Positions 58,264-64,000 of a DNA stretch of 64,000 bases are shown here, piece by piece. Every line of letters begins with the position of its first letter. Position 1 is the first letter of the stretch. The translations under genes were made by a program, and so were the position numbers. The DNA lies in IMG/VR virus record IMGVR_UViG_3300020473_000025, positions 16,293 through 80,292 of that record; one strand, given 5' to 3'. The stretch is from a virus. Its lineage: Duplodnaviria; Caudoviricetes. The notes under the pieces are model-generated. The model was given only the letters and a program-made list of their open reading frames with translations. It had not been told where the DNA came from and made no database searches.

Positions 58264-58779
58264 ATGATTAAAGACACCATCAACGCATTCATACAAGACT
58301 ATAAACAACTGATGGGTGTGCAGGATAAAACGCTTAGGCATTCTAAACGTCTAGTGGAAGCTATTAGCAGTCACCCAGTAGAAATACAAAGTACATTGGA
58401 ACTTATCAACTCAGGGGATTGTGGATTAGCAGCGTTAGCTATAGGCATACGTCTAAAGCGTGCGGGCTATGACGTGTCGTTCTTTGAAAACTCACAACAC
58501 GCCTATTTTAGCGTAGATGGCTATTACTACGACACACTTATACCAGAAGGGACTGACGACCATAAAAAGATGTATGGCTATACCGTAGATAAGCCCGTTA
58601 AAGAACAAACCGTTAAACAGATGCACATGTCATTTATGCCATATGATAGCCTAGGTGAGGGTATTGTTAATTATTTTTTAGTTAAGCATACACAGATGCG
58701 CTATCCGTATAAGAGTCTAGATGCTAGCGTACAAGCACGTGTTATAGATGGGCGTATTAAAGAGTACCCTGTGGTCTGA
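58264..58779 (+). CDS. Papain/transglutaminase-like fold protein
   Basis: NSGDCGLAA, HAYF and YYYD give a putative Cys-His-Asp triad. Confidence 0.5.
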   Translation: MIKDTINAFIQDYKQLMGVQDKTLRHSKRLVEAISSHPVEIQSTLELINSGDCGLAALAIGIRLKRAGYDVSFFENSQHAYFSVDGYYYDTLIPEGTDDHKKMYGYTVDKPVKEQTVKQMHMSFMPYDSLGEGIVNYFLVKHTQMRYPYKSLDASVQARVIDGRIKEYPVV

Positions 58780-58882
58780 TAGTATGATTGAGTTTAAACC
58801 AACCAAGTCGTGTACGATTAAATGACTTATTGTCTATTCTATGCACAACTTCATCCATCCCATCTAACAAGGTGAAAGAAAT

Positions 58883-59647
58883 ATGACTGACCAAAAAACT
58901 AAGCGCCAATCATCACGCCGTGGCGCTGCTAAGAAGACAACGGCAGCTCCTGCTCCATCTAAGGCAGAACAAGAAAAGGTAGAGACTGCTAAGGAAGCAG
59001 AAGTAACGCAACAACAAGCTGACGACAAGCCAGTCGATCCGGCGGTAGTTGAAGGTTCTACTGAAGTTCAAGGCACACAAACACCAGAGGCTGGTGAGGG
59101 TGAAGAATCTGACGGCGCTGATAAAGGCGAGACTCAACCTGAAGCATCTCAGGAAGACCAAGCTGAAGATCAACAGTCTGAAGACAAAGCTGAAGAAAAA
59201 GCTAGCTTTACTATGCCTGAGGGTCTGTCAGCGCAAGCAGAAGGCGCTGTAGAGACTGTTGTTACCTATGCTGATAAAATGGCTAAGGGTCGACCAATGT
59301 CGGCGCTAGAAGGCTCTCAGCAGCAACTGCTTCTATACCGTGCTATCCAACGCATCTTAAGCTTGGACGGCAAAGAACTGTACGCTAGCCTTAACAGCGT
59401 ACTTGCTATCATCAACGAAAACCGTGATAGCGCGTTCCACGAAAAACGTTTATATCGCTTCATTGACCAAGTTAAACTTTCTGGTCAAGATCGTAAGTGT
59501 TTTGAGCGTCTACTTAACCTTTTCATTACGGTATGTGACCCATCTACCCGTGAACAAGCACTTAAGCAGACTGACCTTGAGCTAGTTGCCTCTACACTTC
59601 GTAACAGCGAAAAAGAGCAGAAGTTGATTGCTTTCTTTGGGAAGTAA
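58883..59647 (+). CDS. Conserved phiKZ-like protein with an acidic disordered N-terminus (possible head-assembly protein)
   Basis: 254 aa; E/Q/A-rich N-half containing SQE; helical C-half LYRF..RLLNLF..DPSTR. Confidence 0.5.
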   Translation: MTDQKTKRQSSRRGAAKKTTAAPAPSKAEQEKVETAKEAEVTQQQADDKPVDPAVVEGSTEVQGTQTPEAGEGEESDGADKGETQPEASQEDQAEDQQSEDKAEEKASFTMPEGLSAQAEGAVETVVTYADKMAKGRPMSALEGSQQQLLLYRAIQRILSLDGKELYASLNSVLAIINENRDSAFHEKRLYRFIDQVKLSGQDRKCFERLLNLFITVCDPSTREQALKQTDLELVASTLRNSEKEQKLIAFFGK

Positions 59648-59738
59648 TTAACCTTTGCGCGTATGCGCCCCATTCCACGACCGGTCCCTCCAGGCTGGTC
59701 GTGGTTTTTTGCCGTCTAGGCGATAGTAAAAGTTTATA

Positions 59739-59750
59739 GACCTATATTAC
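59739..59750 (+). promoter_or_regulatory. Early promoter motif
   Basis: GACCTATATTAC. Confidence 0.75.
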
Positions 59751-59810
59751 TATTGTGACTCAATGCCCTTATTGAGTAGCGCTAAATAACTAATATAAGA
59801 GAATTAACTA

Positions 59811-60188
59811 ATGAAAAACAAACTAGACCTTTTAAATCAATACCACAACAACTACTGGGTTAAATATAAAATTGGCCAGGCGTTAATTGATGCTGGCGAA
59901 GTCCATTCCATGGTACATACACGTCTTGAAGGTTTACGCGCTATTTTCCAAAGTATAGGTCACCCATACGCTACCCTAGCCATTGCTTTCTTTGACCGCT
60001 ATACTTGTATCCTTAAACGTGGTTTAATCGAGTTAGGTAACCAGCCTGGCGCTGTCACTGAACGCGCGGGTTATATGTCTGATATTGAACAACAGTTAAT
60101 TGATCGCATTGTCCAAGCGGTAAATGAAGGGAATGGAGAACAACAAGCATGCGAATCTATTATCCGTGCTTTATCTTTTAAACAGTAA
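59811..60188 (+). CDS. Hypothetical early protein
   Basis: 125 aa directly downstream of the early promoter motif. Confidence 0.6.
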   Translation: MKNKLDLLNQYHNNYWVKYKIGQALIDAGEVHSMVHTRLEGLRAIFQSIGHPYATLAIAFFDRYTCILKRGLIELGNQPGAVTERAGYMSDIEQQLIDRIVQAVNEGNGEQQACESIIRALSFKQ

Positions 60189-60237
60189 ACTAATAACCTT
60201 TTTGTAACCATGTGTATATATTTGAGGAATCTATAAT

Positions 60238-60498
60238 ATGCCATCAGCGAAAGAAGTAGTAGAACGCGCTAAGCGTTGGAGAAATGCCACCGTCGTCTAT
60301 GATGATGATAATTTTAGTGTGGTAGAAGGCGAGTACCGTCGCGATGACGGTAATTGGTCTAAGACAATGGGTGTGCGGTGGAACGGCGATGCCAATGGTC
60401 CTGGGTATCCAAAGTTGTTTGGAAATGGTGTGTTCATGGTTGTCCCCGATTGGATGACACCTGCCATTAAAGAAGCTTGTGTTGATAAACGACACTAG
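60238..60498 (+). CDS. Hypothetical protein
   Basis: 86 aa with GAGGA SD; GVRWNG...GYP. Confidence 0.6.
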   Translation: MPSAKEVVERAKRWRNATVVYDDDNFSVVEGEYRRDDGNWSKTMGVRWNGDANGPGYPKLFGNGVFMVVPDWMTPAIKEACVDKRH

Positions 60499-60523
60499 CG
60501 TAAAAGATACAGATTAAAGTAAC

Positions 60524-60582
60524 GCATAAAGACCCTACCTCTACCCGTCAAAAGGTAGAGGTAGGGTATGCCCTTTCTTTTT
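60524..60582. terminator. Bidirectional terminator; core identical to 4861-4894
   Basis: GCATA...ACCCTACCTCTACC-cgtcaaaa-GGTAGAGGTAGGGT then ATGCC and a T-tract. Confidence 0.8.
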
Positions 60583-62520
60583 TTATCTGTTTACGGGATG
60601 TTCAATCCCTTTCTCTTTGGTAAACTCAGCAAGCAAAGTGTTCATAGAGGGCATGGATAACACTTCTCTACATACCTCTACTGCATTAGTCTGAGCAGCT
60701 GTCATGTTGATAGCAGCACGTCTATATACATCTTCACTCTTACCTTGTATACGACAAAACTCTAAGATAGTAGTCTCGCGTGAGGCGTTGGTAATGATGC
60801 CGATGTTTGGGTAACCGGCTGCAACGTCTAAGTCAGATACGGCAACGGATAGGCCGGTTTCAATAGACGGGTCTTCTTCTATAAGGTTAAGACCACGTTT
60901 GTGAATCAAATGACTAGGTAGGGTGCAGATCCATCCCTGTAGTGAGGGTAGAAGATGGTCTATTTCAGCTACCATCTCATTACTCGTTGATCCCATTACC
61001 TTGTTCTCTTCTTCCTCGCAGACGAAATGTAAATCATCAGCCAAACGTCTAGGGGTAGATGGAAACTTAATAACATCAGAGTGACCTAACAAGATACGCA
61101 TCTTCTTAATATCAGTTTGGTCTTCATCTAACAACTCAACGGCAATACAGTCAAAGGCGTTATAGATAAGGTATTCAGCAGGGTAGTTAGTCTGCATGAA
61201 CTGGTGCCACTCTAGACCTTTATATGCGTCAGCTTCTTCAAACTTCAACTTAGATAAGTTCAAATGCCTACCTAATATAGCATCTAAGCTATAAGATGGC
61301 TGTTGAGCTTCAGTAACACGTAGTTTCTTATAAAGACACATGGAGTCAATAAAGTAAAAGCTAGCAGGTGCTATGACGCTATGCCATAAGTCTGCAACGT
61401 GCTGTGAGTAGGTCTTACCGTCCGCCTTGGTCTTCTGTAATTGCCCTTCTTTATACTTAAAGTATTTGTACTCAGGTGGAATCTTGGGATCACTGAAGAC
61501 ATATGCAGGATCTTGATTGTGACGCTTACACGACTCTATCATCTTTGGAATATCAAAGTTCATGTTCCATATTAAGATGAAATCAGGACGCCACGCATGG
61601 GCTCTCTCTAATAAAGCCCTGGTTACACCGAAGTCATTATCAACCACTTCAATCTCTAACTTGATTTTGCGTTCTTTCTTATACTTTTCCAAATAAAGAT
61701 CAAACAGCCCATCCACGATAGAAACCGCATCTCCTTGTATTCTTTCAGCGAAGCGTTTAGTCACCGCAATGAACACTTTATCTTTCATGGTCAGTGAACC
61801 GGAAATGATAGGCTGTTCGTAAGGTTTGCGCTCTGTCTGCAGGCTAACAATCTCATCACGTGCTAGCTTTAACTGCTCGCTAATACGTTTAGCCTGTTTA
61901 GCCCCTTTCTTATCTTTATTAGCTTCTTCAAGCTGCATACGCATGAAATCCATACGACGCTGTACTTCACCTATCTTATCGTCATACTTAAGACACATGG
62001 CTTTGTCATCTGGATGTAGATGATCAAAGACAGTATTGGTTTCTAAATCCAGTACCGCGTTGTCAGCGTCATAACGTGCATCGTTATACTCCGGGTAGTC
62101 TTTCATGTATTTGTGTTTTACTAACACAGTAGGCATGATATCCGTACCGTAGACATACGGACTTTGGTTCAACATACCCAGATGTCCCATACCTGGCGTT
62201 CTACCCAACGCCATCGCGACTTTATCAGCTAGCAGTACTTGAGTAGACTCGTAACGCTGGACACGGTTACGCTCTTCCCATTCTTTTTTCTCGTGATGCG
62301 TCTGATAGCCCTCTCGTGTAATATAGAAGGCTTTCTTTACATTAATCTTCGGTACCATGCGCGATATGCGTCTGCCATCTTTTAAATGTACACGTTCTTT
62401 TACCAGCACCAAGTCATCGCGACGTGTGTGTTGATTAACAAAATAATTAGCGTGAATACACTCAATTCCAGCAATATCGTCTTTTGTTATACCCATGGGT
62501 GAAGGCTCCTTAATTAACAC
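60583..62520 (-). CDS. Split family-B DNA polymerase, exonuclease/motif-A subunit (phiKZ gp82-like)
   Basis: ExoI VLDLET, ExoII WNMNFDI, ExoIII YNAFD, and polymerase motif A DLDVAAGYP. Confidence 0.88.
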   Translation of the reverse strand: MLIKEPSPMGITKDDIAGIECIHANYFVNQHTRRDDLVLVKERVHLKDGRRISRMVPKINVKKAFYITREGYQTHHEKKEWEERNRVQRYESTQVLLADKVAMALGRTPGMGHLGMLNQSPYVYGTDIMPTVLVKHKYMKDYPEYNDARYDADNAVLDLETNTVFDHLHPDDKAMCLKYDDKIGEVQRRMDFMRMQLEEANKDKKGAKQAKRISEQLKLARDEIVSLQTERKPYEQPIISGSLTMKDKVFIAVTKRFAERIQGDAVSIVDGLFDLYLEKYKKERKIKLEIEVVDNDFGVTRALLERAHAWRPDFILIWNMNFDIPKMIESCKRHNQDPAYVFSDPKIPPEYKYFKYKEGQLQKTKADGKTYSQHVADLWHSVIAPASFYFIDSMCLYKKLRVTEAQQPSYSLDAILGRHLNLSKLKFEEADAYKGLEWHQFMQTNYPAEYLIYNAFDCIAVELLDEDQTDIKKMRILLGHSDVIKFPSTPRRLADDLHFVCEEEENKVMGSTSNEMVAEIDHLLPSLQGWICTLPSHLIHKRGLNLIEEDPSIETGLSVAVSDLDVAAGYPNIGIITNASRETTILEFCRIQGKSEDVYRRAAINMTAAQTNAVEVCREVLSMPSMNTLLAEFTKEKGIEHPVNR

Positions 62521-62568
62521 GGCTATACTATTTCTATGACGTGTTATTAATAAAATATAGGATCAACC

Positions 62569-63951
62569 GTGAGAAAAGCACTATTAGATAATTTATTAAA
62601 CGAGCAATCTAACGTTGCCGTTGAGTCCCCGTCTAAGGGTGAGGCACTGGCATTACTATCAGAGGCAGCATTCACCAATGCAGAAGTTGCATACATGGGT
62701 GTGGAGGATAATCAGTTTGATATTGAGAGGCTGGTAGATATCGCTGCAGGGCTTGAATCCATTAATGAGTCTCTCCCTGTAAACGAGATTGACGATGTAG
62801 TGCTGGCAGGTGTAAACGCCGTAGTGGGCGAGGTTGGTCTAGAGGCCAAGAGGGTAGTAGAGGATATAAAAGAAACCATACGCCGAGTATGGCAGGCTAT
62901 GTACCGGGCGGTACAGTATGCGATGCGTCAGGTACGGGTCTGGTTGCGTAAAGTTTTTGATAGCACCAAGAAATTCAAAGAACGTGTTGAGCATACAAGA
63001 CGTAACTTAGAAACTCTGGGCGAGGTGAAGGATGATAAGCCTATAACAGCGCCAGTGATATCTGCAGCTTTGGATATAGAAGGTAGCGTAGATTTAAATC
63101 TAATCAAAGAGCGTATGGCGGGTGTTACTCCACTATTTAATACCAAAATGGTTGGAAGTATTGAAGCTATTACCGTTATGGTTGAAGGCCTGGCAGACAT
63201 TGACGTTAAGAATACGGTTTTTGATAGAAAAACCGTAACCAATTCAGCGTATGAAATATTGAATAAAATACATCAAGTTATAGGTGTAATCGTTCTCAGT
63301 AAAAAGAAACTACCTGTTAAAGACTTAATCGTTAATCAGCTTTTCCCTTATCAACCCGTCGTCCAGGGTTTTATGGAGTTCTTTGCTACCCCCACCCAGA
63401 TACACAGTACTGAAACATTACCGGGAAATAAAGCAGTATATGTATTATCCAGCAACGGGTTGCGTGATAGCAAACGTCTTCAGATTAAGGTAGGTGATTT
63501 AAGTGCTATGGCGAGGTTGGGTAGTTTATCTTTAATTAATCCTAAGTTTAAAATTAAAGAAAATAAACTTCCTGTTCTAACCAAGGCCGCCATGATAGAT
63601 GCCTGTGATTATGTCACAACGCTTGTAGATAATATTATTTATTTTAATGATTATTACAATAAACGTTCAGTCAAAAGTATAGAAAGTATGTTTGACGCGG
63701 TAGATAAGCTTGAACGTGATATCTACGATGATATAGATAAGGATGATCATGACAAGTCATCAGAAGCGTGGTTAGTGTTTAATGCTATTTCAAGTATGAG
63801 CCAAGTTGTCAATAAGGTGAGTAGCGGTTTAGTACTTGATGTGGTACGCCATAGTCTAAATGTTTGCCAGAACATAATTAAATATGTTGAGCTATCTTCA
63901 ACTCGCTATGAAGATGATCTTGATGAAAGCACGCTATTAGAGAGTAAATAA
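62569..63951 (+). CDS. Internal head protein paralog
   Basis: 460 aa; AVE/GVE/GLE sites, the helix DIKETIRRVWQAMY, and LPGNKA (compare YPGNRR in 451..1497). Confidence 0.65.
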   Translation: MRKALLDNLLNEQSNVAVESPSKGEALALLSEAAFTNAEVAYMGVEDNQFDIERLVDIAAGLESINESLPVNEIDDVVLAGVNAVVGEVGLEAKRVVEDIKETIRRVWQAMYRAVQYAMRQVRVWLRKVFDSTKKFKERVEHTRRNLETLGEVKDDKPITAPVISAALDIEGSVDLNLIKERMAGVTPLFNTKMVGSIEAITVMVEGLADIDVKNTVFDRKTVTNSAYEILNKIHQVIGVIVLSKKKLPVKDLIVNQLFPYQPVVQGFMEFFATPTQIHSTETLPGNKAVYVLSSNGLRDSKRLQIKVGDLSAMARLGSLSLINPKFKIKENKLPVLTKAAMIDACDYVTTLVDNIIYFNDYYNKRSVKSIESMFDAVDKLERDIYDDIDKDDHDKSSEAWLVFNAISSMSQVVNKVSSGLVLDVVRHSLNVCQNIIKYVELSSTRYEDDLDESTLLESK

Positions 63952-63952
63952 C

Positions 63953-64000
63953 ATGAATCGCTTATCCCAGTTTTTTAATGTCTCAAACGAGGCAATCGAC
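63953..64000 (+). CDS. Start of a further probable head protein (truncated by the window)
   Basis: MNRLSQFFNVSNEAID; contains an SNE site. Confidence 0.4.
   Translation, partial: MNRLSQFFNVSNEAID

Noticed and set aside
4853-60573. CRISPR array or IS/MITE interpretation of the repeated hairpins
   Set aside because: The copies are dispersed singly at gene ends, with no regular spacers, transposase or target-site duplications.
2599-63242. Many short overlapping or antisense ORFs in the track (e.g. 19579..19980, 36995..37315, 56332..56643)
   Set aside because: They are shadows of long, codon-biased genes, lack SDs and show no motifs.

Overview
This 64 kb window comes from a nucleus-forming, phiKZ-like jumbo phage (Chimalliviridae). 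It carries the conserved core block: large terminase, PhuZ tubulin, both halves of the split family-B DNA polymerase, chimallin (ChmA), four non-virion RNA polymerase subunits, a PicA-like import factor, an SbcD-like nuclease, two SF2 helicases, a virion RNAP beta' piece, paralogous internal-head proteins and a holin-like/lytic-transglycosylase pair. Two mobile elements are clear. A group I intron with an HNH endonuclease splits the nvRNAP catalytic NADFDGD motif, and a class-3-type LAGLIDADG intein starting with Met sits in a helicase Walker A motif. The most interesting unexplained signals are: (1) nine tandem, highly diverged small proteins with the same beta-(alpha)n-beta-beta layout between phuZ and the polymerase; (2) a candidate cloverleaf-like ncRNA with its own promoter-like motif and terminator at about 14538-14697; (3) a recurrent hairpin+TATGCCG terminator motif, including duplicated and co-varying copies; (4) a probable programmed -1 frameshift joining 53292..54848 to the next ORF; (5) a poly-G frameshift in an accessory gene; (6) an SSB-tail mimic and G/W-rich low-complexity tails in the nuclear-shell locus; (7) an orphan DarG-like macrodomain. 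phiKZ orthologue numbers come from recalled synteny and motifs, not from a database search.
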